Assembly: GCA_942492995.1 (NCBI GenBank)
Contig: OW818653.1
Coordinates: 1,560,001-1,592,000, forward strand
DNA: 32,000 bases
From: an uncultured Erysipelotrichaceae bacterium
GTDB lineage: Bacteria; Bacillota_I; Bacilli_A; Erysipelotrichales; Erysipelotrichaceae
Direction: 5' to 3'
In this document: positions 16,223 through 23,841 of the stretch, one piece after another
Numbering within the stretch: position 1 is the stretch's first letter
How the letters are laid out: every line of letters begins with the position of its first letter
Position numbers and translations under genes: made by a program
The notes under the pieces: model-generated
What the model saw: the letters and a program-made list of their open reading frames with translations, nothing else
Database searches by the model: none
Told to the model about the DNA's origin: nothing

Positions 16223-16423
16223 TTACTCTGTTACTTCGGCTTTTTCTACAATGCGTTTTAATTTCTTTTCGAAATCACTACGATCTAACATGATGGCAGC
16301 TCCGCACCCTAGACATTTTATCTTAATATCGGCTCCCATGCGAATAATTTTCCAATGTTTTGATTTATGACACGGATGTTCCTTCTTCATTTCTACGATA
16401 TCATTTAAATCAAACGCTAGCAT
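16223..16423 (-). CDS. DUF951 (YyzM-like) small zinc-ribbon-like protein
   Basis: 66 aa with HPC...CLGCG. It sits immediately upstream of ychF, as yyzM-yyaF does in Bacillus. Confidence 0.7.
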   Translation of the reverse strand: MLAFDLNDIVEMKKEHPCHKSKHWKIIRMGADIKIKCLGCGAAIMLDRSDFEKKLKRIVEKAEVTE

Positions 16424-16424
16424 G

Positions 16425-17276
16425 TTAGTTCTCCTTTATCGATTTTTCATATGATTTAAGCGTATTCTCTAATAAAGACACAATAGTCATAGGACCTACT
16501 CCGCCAGGAACTGGTGTCATGTAATCAACCTTTTCCATTAACGCTTCATAGTCCACATCCCCAACTAGTTTATCATTAACACGATTAATTCCAACATCAA
16601 TTATGGCATTAGCGTGATTTATATGGTCAGTTGTAAGAAACTTGTCTCTACCAATTGCGACTACGACAATATCCGCAAGGCGTGTTAATTGGGCTAAATC
16701 TTTCGTTTTACTATGACAAACGGTAACTGTCGCATTTTCATTTAAGAGTAATTGAGCAACAGGTCTTCCAACGAGTGCACTTCTTCCAATAACGATAGCG
16801 TGTTTACCACTTATTTCAATATTATAGTGATTTAGAAGTGTCATTATACCACGAGGTGTACATGGCACAAAACCATCTTGATTTGCGTAGAGTTTTGCGA
16901 TATTTACAGGGTGTAATCCATCCACATCTTTATTTGGATCTAACGTCTCAATAATTAAGTTCACATCCAATTGTTTAGGGATTGGTAGTTGGACAAGGAT
17001 TCCATCAACTGTATTATCTGTATTTAATTCATTTACGACATTTAATACATCATTTGTTTGAACATTCGCATCCATTCGATAAACAATAGATTCAATCCCA
17101 ACTCGTTCACATGCTTTTTCTTTATTTTTTACGTAAGTAACAGATGCTGGATTATCGCCAATTAATAAAACGACAAGTTTAGGTTTACGATATCCTTTTG
17201 AATTATATTCGGATACTTTTTCTTTTATTTTCGATTCAATTGTTAGGCTTAATGCCTTGCCATCCATTTTTTGCAT
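16425..17276 (-). CDS. folD: Bifunctional methylenetetrahydrofolate dehydrogenase/cyclohydrolase
   Basis: Motifs LIGDNPASVTYVKNKEKA, GILVQLPIP, DVDG, VIGRSALVGRPVA, TPVPGGVGPMT. I set the start at ATG 17276 (MQKMDGKALS, SD GAGGAA). The track's upstream extension overlaps dtd. Confidence 0.9.
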   Translation of the reverse strand: MQKMDGKALSLTIESKIKEKVSEYNSKGYRKPKLVVLLIGDNPASVTYVKNKEKACERVGIESIVYRMDANVQTNDVLNVVNELNTDNTVDGILVQLPIPKQLDVNLIIETLDPNKDVDGLHPVNIAKLYANQDGFVPCTPRGIMTLLNHYNIEISGKHAIVIGRSALVGRPVAQLLLNENATVTVCHSKTKDLAQLTRLADIVVVAIGRDKFLTTDHINHANAIIDVGINRVNDKLVGDVDYEALMEKVDYMTPVPGGVGPMTIVSLLENTLKSYEKSIKEN

Positions 17277-17283
17277 AGGTTCC

Positions 17284-17718
17284 TCAGTTTTCATACCAGA
17301 TTGTGACTGGTCCATCATTATGTGCTTCTATTTTCATATCTGCTTGGAATATTCCAGTTTGAACATGAATCCATTCACTTAAGTATTGATTGAATCGATT
17401 ATAGTATTCTTTTGCGACATCTGCTTTTGCGGCTCTATCGTAAGAAGGTCGATGACCTTTTTTAGTATCCGCGTAGAGTGTGAACTGTGATATGGATAGG
17501 ATACTTCCTTTAATATCCATAACACTTAGATTCATTTTTCCATCTTGATCATCAAATAGTCTAGCATGCGCTAATTTCTTTGCCATACTTTTAAGATTTT
17601 CTTCATCTTCATCTTGTTTGAAACCAACAAAGACTAATAATCCTTGTTTTATAACTCCCGTAACTTCATTATTCACAACACATTTAGCTTTTTCGACTCT
17701 TTGACAGGTTACACGCAT
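17284..17718 (-). CDS. dtd: D-aminoacyl-tRNA deacylase
   Basis: 144 aa. Motifs GLLVFVG, SQFTLYADTKKGHRPSY, and a NDGPVT C-terminus. SD GAGGA lies upstream. Confidence 0.9.
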   Translation of the reverse strand: MRVTCQRVEKAKCVVNNEVTGVIKQGLLVFVGFKQDEDEENLKSMAKKLAHARLFDDQDGKMNLSVMDIKGSILSISQFTLYADTKKGHRPSYDRAAKADVAKEYYNRFNQYLSEWIHVQTGIFQADMKIEAHNDGPVTIWYEN

Positions 17719-17775
17719 ATTTTATCCTCATTTTTATTCTAACACCCTTAATTTAATAGTAAAATAGTAAGTAAG

Positions 17776-19032
17776 ATGACAAACAATAAACCATTAGCTG
17801 TTAGAATACGTCCTAAGCATTTATCTGAAGTTGTTGGACAGAATCATTTGACCCAAAAAACGGGTATTTTAAATCGCTTTATTGAAGAAAAACGATTGAT
17901 GTCTATGATCTTTTTCGGGCCTCCAGGAAGTGGAAAAACAACTGTCGCATCAATCCTAGCGAATGAGTTAAATCTACCCCTAGAACTATTTAATGCGGTT
18001 ACAGGTAATAAAAAAGAGTTAGATGCGATCTTTGCGAATGCACGATTAAGTGGGCAACTTGTAATGATTGTGGATGAAGTACATCGCTTAAATAAAGACA
18101 AACAAGACTTACTTCTTCCATATGTCGAAGATGGTAGTGTATTGATGATTGGACTTACTAGTGCGAATCCATATTTTGCGATTAATCCTGCAATACGTTC
18201 AAGATGTATCTTATGCGAATTTAAAGCAGTTAATCCAGAATCAATGAAAATTGCGCTAGAACGAGCCATCCAACATGAAGACAGTCAGTTAAGTATAAAC
18301 TTAAATGAACAATCTCTACAATCCATTATTGATACATGTAATGGGGATGTACGTATGGCATATAACATTCTAGATGCACTAAATATTGCGTATCCGAATC
18401 AAACGATTAATTTAGAACATTTATCTAATCTACATTTACACAGTAATCTAGGTTTTGATCATAGCGATGATGGATATTATGATGCGTTAAGTGGCTTGCA
18501 GAAATCGATTAGAGGTTCAGAAGTTGATGCGGCACTCTACTATTTAGCACGATTAATTATTGCGGAGGATTTAGATTCTATTGAACGTAGACTTATTGTG
18601 ATAGCGTATGAAGATATTGGATTAGCCAATCCAGCACTTGTCGCACGAACCATTCAAGCTATGGATTCCGCTAAACGAGTTGGATTCCCAGAAGCAGTTT
18701 ATCCATTAGCTGTTATCGTAATTGATTTAGCTCTATCACCTAAATCTCGTAACGCAATTAATGCGTTAACAAAAGCAATCAATGAAGTAAAAGATCATCC
18801 TTTACAAGTTCCTGAATATCTAAGATTAACACCAGTTGGTTTAAGAGATGAAGATAAGTATGATTATGATCGTCCGGATATTTGGAATAAGATTGAATAC
18901 TTACCAAAAGGTGTAACGAATACACCATTCTATTCGCCAAGTAATACTAGTCCTTATGAGAATACCTTAGAGAATAATCTTAAAGTATTGAATCAAATAA
19001 AACGTACACATAATATTAGAGGTTTAAAGTAA
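17776..19032 (+). CDS. rarA: Replication-associated recombination protein A (AAA+ ATPase)
   Basis: 418 aa. Motifs RPKHLSEVVGQNHL, Walker A GPPGSGKTT, Walker B VDEVHRLNK, and the MgsA C-domain (YDALSGLQKSIRGSEVDAALYYLARL). Confidence 0.9.
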   Translation: MTNNKPLAVRIRPKHLSEVVGQNHLTQKTGILNRFIEEKRLMSMIFFGPPGSGKTTVASILANELNLPLELFNAVTGNKKELDAIFANARLSGQLVMIVDEVHRLNKDKQDLLLPYVEDGSVLMIGLTSANPYFAINPAIRSRCILCEFKAVNPESMKIALERAIQHEDSQLSINLNEQSLQSIIDTCNGDVRMAYNILDALNIAYPNQTINLEHLSNLHLHSNLGFDHSDDGYYDALSGLQKSIRGSEVDAALYYLARLIIAEDLDSIERRLIVIAYEDIGLANPALVARTIQAMDSAKRVGFPEAVYPLAVIVIDLALSPKSRNAINALTKAINEVKDHPLQVPEYLRLTPVGLRDEDKYDYDRPDIWNKIEYLPKGVTNTPFYSPSNTSPYENTLENNLKVLNQIKRTHNIRGLK

Positions 19033-19050
19033 GAGCAGAAATGCTCTTTT
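19031..19050 (+). terminator. Weak terminator after rarA
   Basis: 7-bp stem aagagca / tgctctt with loop gaaa and a short T run. It overlaps the TAA stop codon. Confidence 0.45.
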
Positions 19051-19065
19051 AAATTAAATATAAAG

Positions 19066-19088
19066 AAAAAGGATCTCTTTCGAGACCC
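19066..19088 (-). terminator. Terminator of the Ala-rich lipoprotein gene
   Basis: Minus-strand RNA forms gggucuc-gaaa-gagaucc (7 bp including one G-U pair, GNRA-type loop), followed by uuuuucuuua. Confidence 0.65.
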
Positions 19089-19114
19089 TTTAGTTGTTAA
19101 TTTTGTTCTGAGAA

Positions 19115-20188
19115 CTATTTAACTTCAACAGCGTTAGCAACAGCTTTAGCGAATGAAGCTAGGTAATCGTCGATTCCGATTGAAACGGAAGTCTTAAGAT
19201 CTTCAGCAACAGCAACGCCTTCAGCATCTAATTCGATAGCAGCAACTTCATCAGCAGTCTTACCAACATAGTAAGCTTCTAATGCAGCAGCTTGTTCGAA
19301 CCATTCTTTACCAATTGCAGAAGCAGCAGCCATACCGTAGTCAGCGCCTTTTTCTTTTTTAGTAGGAGCAGCTTCAGCTTTAACGATTGCGCCCATAGCA
19401 TCAAATGTGCCTTGGTTTTGTGCAGTGTCAACTAGAGCTAATAATACTTTACCGTCTTTGTCTAATGCTAAACCAGTGTACATAACGTTAGTTTGAACAC
19501 GACCAGCAGCAGCTTCAACAGCAGGTGTAGTAGCAGTAGCAGCAGCAGCAGCTACAGCATTCTTACCAGAAACAGTAGTAACTGAACCAACAGCAACTTT
19601 AGCAACACCCTTAACTTCTACAGCGTTAGCAACAGCTTTTTCAACTGCAGCAATATAACCATCGATACCAACTGATACAGAAGCTTTTAGATCTTCAGCA
19701 ACAGCAACAGCTTCTTCATCTAATTCGATAGCTTTGATTTCATCTAATGTTTTTCCAACAAAGTATGCTTCAAGAGCAGCCATTTGTTCGAACCATTCTT
19801 TACCGATAGCAGAGTTAGCTACCATTCCGTAGTCAGCACCCTTTTCAGTTTTTGTAGGAGCAGCTTCTGCTTTAACAACAGCGCCCATAGCATCAAATGT
19901 ACCTTGGTTTTGTGCAGAATCGATATCAACGTAAACGATCTTTCCAGCATCATCCAATAATACAGCAGCATAAGTAGTAGTAACTTGTACACGACCAGCA
20001 GCAGCTTCAACAGCTTCTACCGCAGGTGTAGTCTTTGTAGCAGCAACAGCTTCAACAGCAGCAACAGCAGCACGTCCAGAAACTTCAGTAAAACTTCCAG
20101 TACCAAACTTGTATGTCTTAGCAGCACAACCAGTTAAACCAGTTAAAGCTAACATACTAACAACTAATAAAACTAATAACTTTTTCAT
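19115..20188 (-). CDS. Ala/Val/Glu-rich surface lipoprotein made of two tandem ~165-aa repeats, function unknown
   Basis: Signal peptide MKKLLVLLVVSMLALTGLTGC (lipobox LTGC, Cys21). The mature protein is repeat 1 (aa 24-193) plus repeat 2 (aa 194-357). SD AAGGAGGA, near-consensus promoter and its own terminator. Confidence 0.85.
   Translation of the reverse strand: MKKLLVLLVVSMLALTGLTGCAAKTYKFGTGSFTEVSGRAAVAAVEAVAATKTTPAVEAVEAAAGRVQVTTTYAAVLLDDAGKIVYVDIDSAQNQGTFDAMGAVVKAEAAPTKTEKGADYGMVANSAIGKEWFEQMAALEAYFVGKTLDEIKAIELDEEAVAVAEDLKASVSVGIDGYIAAVEKAVANAVEVKGVAKVAVGSVTTVSGKNAVAAAAATATTPAVEAAAGRVQTNVMYTGLALDKDGKVLLALVDTAQNQGTFDAMGAIVKAEAAPTKKEKGADYGMAAASAIGKEWFEQAAALEAYYVGKTADEVAAIELDAEGVAVAEDLKTSVSIGIDDYLASFAKAVANAVEVK
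19118..20119 (-). repeat. Intragenic tandem duplication (units 19610-20119 and 19118-19609)
   Basis: The period is 492 nt (164 codons) in the conserved part. For example, gcgcccatagcatcaaatgt occurs in both units, and GTFDAMGA, GKEWFEQ and AKAVANAVEVK recur. Repeat 1 carries a 6-codon longer Ala/Val/Glu linker. Confidence 0.85.
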
Positions 20189-20212
20189 TTCAAAATCCTC
20201 CTTGCAAGAATT

Positions 20213-20241
20213 ATTATATGGGTTCGTATTTTTACTCGCAA
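20213..20241 (-). promoter_or_regulatory. Sigma-A promoter of the lipoprotein gene
   Basis: On the minus strand: TTGCGA (20241-20236), 17 nt, TATAAT (20218-20213), then about 24 nt to the ATG, including SD AAGGAGGA. Confidence 0.65.
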
Positions 20242-20340
20242 CTCAAAAGCGGAAATTACGACTTCTTTTAATGAATATTTTCACAATTCAAAACAAATTG
20301 AAAAAAGTTTGTTACAATAAAATAAATATTTCACAAGTAA

Positions 20341-21507
20341 CTACTGCTCATTCTTTAATCCTGACTCATATTGGGGGTACAATACAATGAAAATTAGTGA
20401 AATTAATGCAATTGTGAATAAGATAGATACAAGCAGTTCAATTGGCATTACATGCGAAGTTAATAATCGCATTGGCATAATTAACATAGAAAATATAGGG
20501 ACAAACGACAGAATATACCCTATTCCATTTGATAATGCATGTGTTGTGTTTAAACTTAACGCAAGATAATAGATAATTAGTAATACAAGATAAAATGGTC
20601 CTTGAATTGACGCAGCTTCTTCCATTGTTTTAACTTTACTGGATAAGATTAATATACAGATTTGAATGAGAAATATTCCTAACAGAATAAAGAGAAGTCC
20701 AAGTCCTATAAGGTATACATCTGATGGTTTGAAATCAAGTAATTTAAGTATTTCGGTTATACTAAAATCATCGATTTGTATCGGTAGAAACTTTAGTATT
20801 AAACGTATTAATCCTTGTCCTTGATCAAGTTTATATCTTAGATCAGCGATTACTCCTACAATTCCTATCGAACTAATAATTTGAAATAATACTGAACAAA
20901 ATCCAATTATAAGCTTAGTTAGAAAATGAACTCTAATCTTTACACTACTTAAGATAATCGGAATCATATGCGATGTCTTTTCCATAATTATCTCATTTGA
21001 ATTTACTGCGATAAAGTTTAACATCATAAAATATATAGATGTTAGAAATAAGATAATGATTTGTTGCTTAAACGTATTTTCATCTAATTTAGAGTCAATA
21101 AATTCAACTTCAATCGTATTGTATTTCTCTAACCAATCTAGATTATTCTCATTCTCCATTGTACGTTTATGATTACGAAGTAATAAATCATAAATACGTT
21201 GTTGGATACTTAATTCTTGTACATTACTTATTTGATATACTTTATTGACTCTAGTTATTTCAATAGAATTACTATTATTTGTAAATATGAATCCTTGTGA
21301 TTTCCATTCATCTTCATTTTTTATTTCTTTTCTTAGTGTATTTTCTAGCTTAATTTCGATTGGTTGATGAAAGTCTAAATTAAAGAATTCACTTATTTTA
21401 TCGATATAAAGTACAGTACATACAATTAGAATAAAGAGAATCTGTAAGATAATCGTCATTTTATTCAAGAAACGACGTTTAAATGCGAACTTTAAAAGTG
21501 TTTTCAT
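20341..21507 (-). CDS. ABC-2 family permease (NatB/YhaP-like)
   Basis: 388 aa with an N-terminal TM helix, a ~130-aa external loop and then 5 TM helices. Family motif NSNEIIMEKTSHMIPIILSSV. ATGA overlap with the ATPase gene. Confidence 0.75.
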   Translation of the reverse strand: MKTLLKFAFKRRFLNKMTIILQILFILIVCTVLYIDKISEFFNLDFHQPIEIKLENTLRKEIKNEDEWKSQGFIFTNNSNSIEITRVNKVYQISNVQELSIQQRIYDLLLRNHKRTMENENNLDWLEKYNTIEVEFIDSKLDENTFKQQIIILFLTSIYFMMLNFIAVNSNEIIMEKTSHMIPIILSSVKIRVHFLTKLIIGFCSVLFQIISSIGIVGVIADLRYKLDQGQGLIRLILKFLPIQIDDFSITEILKLLDFKPSDVYLIGLGLLFILLGIFLIQICILILSSKVKTMEEAASIQGPFYLVLLIIYYLALSLNTTHALSNGIGYILSFVPIFSMLIMPMRLLTSHVMPIELLVSILFTIALISLIFIVLYPQYESGLKNEQ

Positions 21508-22376
21508 GAATTATCTCTTAACATATCACCGATAGACACATTATGAAGTCGTATCTGTGTAATACTATTTTCTTTATTAAACAGATTAATCGATTTTTTC
21601 GCATCACTTAAATTCGTATAATGAAATTCAATAAGAGAACCTTTCTCAATAATATTCTTATGATGTTTACTTATCCCTTGCCATAAACTATCTGAATTAA
21701 CACTTACACATACACCATATTCAAGATATAAATCACTTAACTTACCCTGTTTTAGGGTTATCCCTTGATCTAAAACAAGTAAATGGGTACATAATTCATC
21801 CATGAAATCCATTTGATGACTAGAGATTAATATACATTTACCAAGAGAAGCTTGTTTCTTGAGTTCAATCATTACACTTTGAACACTATAAAAATCTAAA
21901 CCATTTAATGGTTCATCTAGAATTAGTACCTCAGGATTATGGATAAGTGCGGCCATTAATTGAACTTTCTGTTGTTGGCCTTTGGATAATTTATTAAGTG
22001 TCACATACTTTTTATCCACTAAATCAAACTGTTCACACATCTCATGAATCCGTTTATCCATGCTTTCAGTTGTTAATCCTTTTAATTCTCCGATGAATAT
22101 TAGTTGATCATACAAGGTAAGATCTAAAAACATCGATCGTTGTTCAGGCATATATCCAAAATTCTTACGTTGATTAAAATCACACGCATTTGACTGATAC
22201 GTAATACATCCCGAATCATAATCGATTAATCCCATAATACTTTTGAATAGCGTTGATTTACCACATCCATTTTGTCCTAATATACCGACGATTTCATGTG
22301 GTTTTATTAATAGATTACATTCTTTTAAGGCTAATTTCTTTCCATAACGTTTGCTTATATTTTGTATTTCTAACAT
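21504..22376 (-). CDS. ABC transporter ATP-binding protein (NatA-like)
   Basis: Walker A GQNGCGKST, signature LSKGQQQKV, Walker B LILDEPLNGLD, H-loop SSHQM, plus a C-terminal accessory domain. Confidence 0.9.
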   Translation of the reverse strand: MLEIQNISKRYGKKLALKECNLLIKPHEIVGILGQNGCGKSTLFKSIMGLIDYDSGCITYQSNACDFNQRKNFGYMPEQRSMFLDLTLYDQLIFIGELKGLTTESMDKRIHEMCEQFDLVDKKYVTLNKLSKGQQQKVQLMAALIHNPEVLILDEPLNGLDFYSVQSVMIELKKQASLGKCILISSHQMDFMDELCTHLLVLDQGITLKQGKLSDLYLEYGVCVSVNSDSLWQGISKHHKNIIEKGSLIEFHYTNLSDAKKSINLFNKENSITQIRLHNVSIGDMLRDNS

Positions 22377-22423
22377 AGTTCACCTATGTTTAGATATGGA
22401 TTAAATTTGATTGTTCCTAATAA

Positions 22424-22443
22424 AAACTGCAATATTGCAGTTT
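22424..22443 (-). terminator. Terminator after msrA
   Basis: 20-nt perfect palindrome aaactgcaat|attgcagttt overlapping the msrA stop codon. On the minus strand it is followed by tttttatta. Confidence 0.6.
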
Positions 22444-22939
22444 ATTTTCTTTCTTCAGGTTTAATTAAACCCATATTCACATGACAATATCCAGTTGGAT
22501 TATTAACTAGATACTTCTGATGATACTCTTCCGCGTTATAGAAATCTCTTAGTCTTTCAACTTCTAATACGATAGGTTTTGAGTAATCAGCTTGTCGTTT
22601 TTGAACATAAGTTTTCACAATCTCTAATTCTTCATCATTATCAGGATATACGCCTACACGATATTGTGTTCCTACATCATGTGCCTGTTTATTTAATGAA
22701 GTTGGGTCGATAATTCTAAATAGATGTTCAAGAATCTTCTCGAATGAGATAACACTTGGATCGTATTCAATCTCCGCCACTTCCGCATGTAATGTTTTAC
22801 CTGAACATACTTCTTGATATGTAGGTGCTTCTTTTAACCCTTGTGCATATCCAACACGTGTTTCTCCAACACCCTTTAATCTACGATAATATTCTTCAAC
22901 TCCCCAGAAACATCCACCTGCTAATACTATTTTTTTCAT
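22442..22939 (-). CDS. msrA: Peptide-methionine (S)-S-oxide reductase
   Basis: Catalytic motif GGCFWG, plus GYxQG and EYHQKYL. I set the start at ATG 22939 (MKKIVLAGGCFWG), which has SD AAGGAGA and forms an ATGA overlap with the miaA stop. Confidence 0.9.
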   Translation of the reverse strand: MKKIVLAGGCFWGVEEYYRRLKGVGETRVGYAQGLKEAPTYQEVCSGKTLHAEVAEIEYDPSVISFEKILEHLFRIIDPTSLNKQAHDVGTQYRVGVYPDNDEELEIVKTYVQKRQADYSKPIVLEVERLRDFYNAEEYHQKYLVNNPTGYCHVNMGLIKPEERK

Positions 22940-23841
22940 AGTGTCTCCTTTTTTAACCATTCATTAATATCTGTCAAAAGTAGTTTCTCATTTTCTTCGC
23001 TTGGTTTATACCAATATGCTTTAAATTGATGTCTAAACCAGGTTAGTTGTCGCTTTGCGTACTGACGTGTTGAGATAATAATCTTCTCTTTTACGTCATC
23101 CAAACTCATTTGATTGAGTAAATATCCCTTCCATTCTTTATATCCAATCCCTTGAAAACTTTGGTAGTCCCATGTTTCTGGTGAACTGAAATAGGTTAAA
23201 ACTTCTTCTTTTAATCCAGAGTTAAACATGTTATTTAACCTTAACTCAATACGTTGATCAAGAATTGGTTTTGGTAGATCTAACACAACGAGGAATACAT
23301 CATAAATCGGTTGATGAGTTTGAATCGATTCTCTCTCTGTTTTTGTTTGACCTTTTAATCCGATATTTAATGCACGGATTAATCGTTTACGATTGTTTAG
23401 ATGTATTTTCTCAAGTGAAATAGGATCTATTTCATTCAATTTATTGTATAGTTCTTCATTACTAAGCTCTTCAAATTGGTCATCTTCTTCAATTTCATCT
23501 TTAAATTCATAATCGTATAAACATGCTTTAAGATAGAATCCTGTTCCACCCGCAATGATAGGCAATTTCTCGTTAGAACGTATTTCATCTATCGCATGAC
23601 GTGCCATTGATTGAAAATCTTTAACACTGTAATTTTCTGTGTAATTAATTAAATCTAAGCCATAATGTTTGATATTCGCTTTTTCTTCTTCAGTAATTTT
23701 TGCTGTCCCAATGGATAATTCTTTATACACTTGTTGGGAATCGCCACTAATAATCTCTCCATTAAGCTGTTGAGCTAATTTAACAGAAAGTGCTGTTTTA
23801 CCACTTGCGGTAGGTCCTGCAATAACGAGTACTTTTTTCAT
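22936..23841 (-). CDS. miaA: tRNA dimethylallyltransferase
   Basis: 301 aa. P-loop GPTASGKT, plus ISGDSQQVYKELSIGTAK and TRQYAKRQLTWFR. Confidence 0.92.
   Translation of the reverse strand: MKKVLVIAGPTASGKTALSVKLAQQLNGEIISGDSQQVYKELSIGTAKITEEEKANIKHYGLDLINYTENYSVKDFQSMARHAIDEIRSNEKLPIIAGGTGFYLKACLYDYEFKDEIEEDDQFEELSNEELYNKLNEIDPISLEKIHLNNRKRLIRALNIGLKGQTKTERESIQTHQPIYDVFLVVLDLPKPILDQRIELRLNNMFNSGLKEEVLTYFSSPETWDYQSFQGIGYKEWKGYLLNQMSLDDVKEKIIISTRQYAKRQLTWFRHQFKAYWYKPSEENEKLLLTDINEWLKKETL

Noticed and set aside
17277-17318. Upstream extensions of track ORFs into neighbouring genes: folD 17277-17318, VOC 6075-6125, msrA 22940-22960 and the HD gene 13030-13041
   Set aside because: In each case an internal ATG with a good SD matches the family N-terminus and removes an implausibly long overlap with the upstream gene.
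19500-19560. (GCA)n/(GCAGTA) microsatellite as a phase-variation switch in the lipoprotein gene
   Set aside because: The repeat unit is a triplet, so slippage would change linker length but not the reading frame. The run is also short (4-5 units).
19819-20010. 63-aa Leu/Lys-rich ORF on the same strand as the lipoprotein gene but in another frame
   Set aside because: It is a by-product of reading GCA/GCT/GAA-rich Ala/Glu codons out of frame. It has no independent translation signals.
19115-20188. Assigning the lipoprotein repeat to FMN-binding (RnfG/NqrC-like) or PepSY domains
   Set aside because: There is a superficial resemblance in the DxxGK-beta-hairpin segment only. The flavinylation motif ([ST]GA[TS]) is absent, and I cannot verify any profile match without tools.
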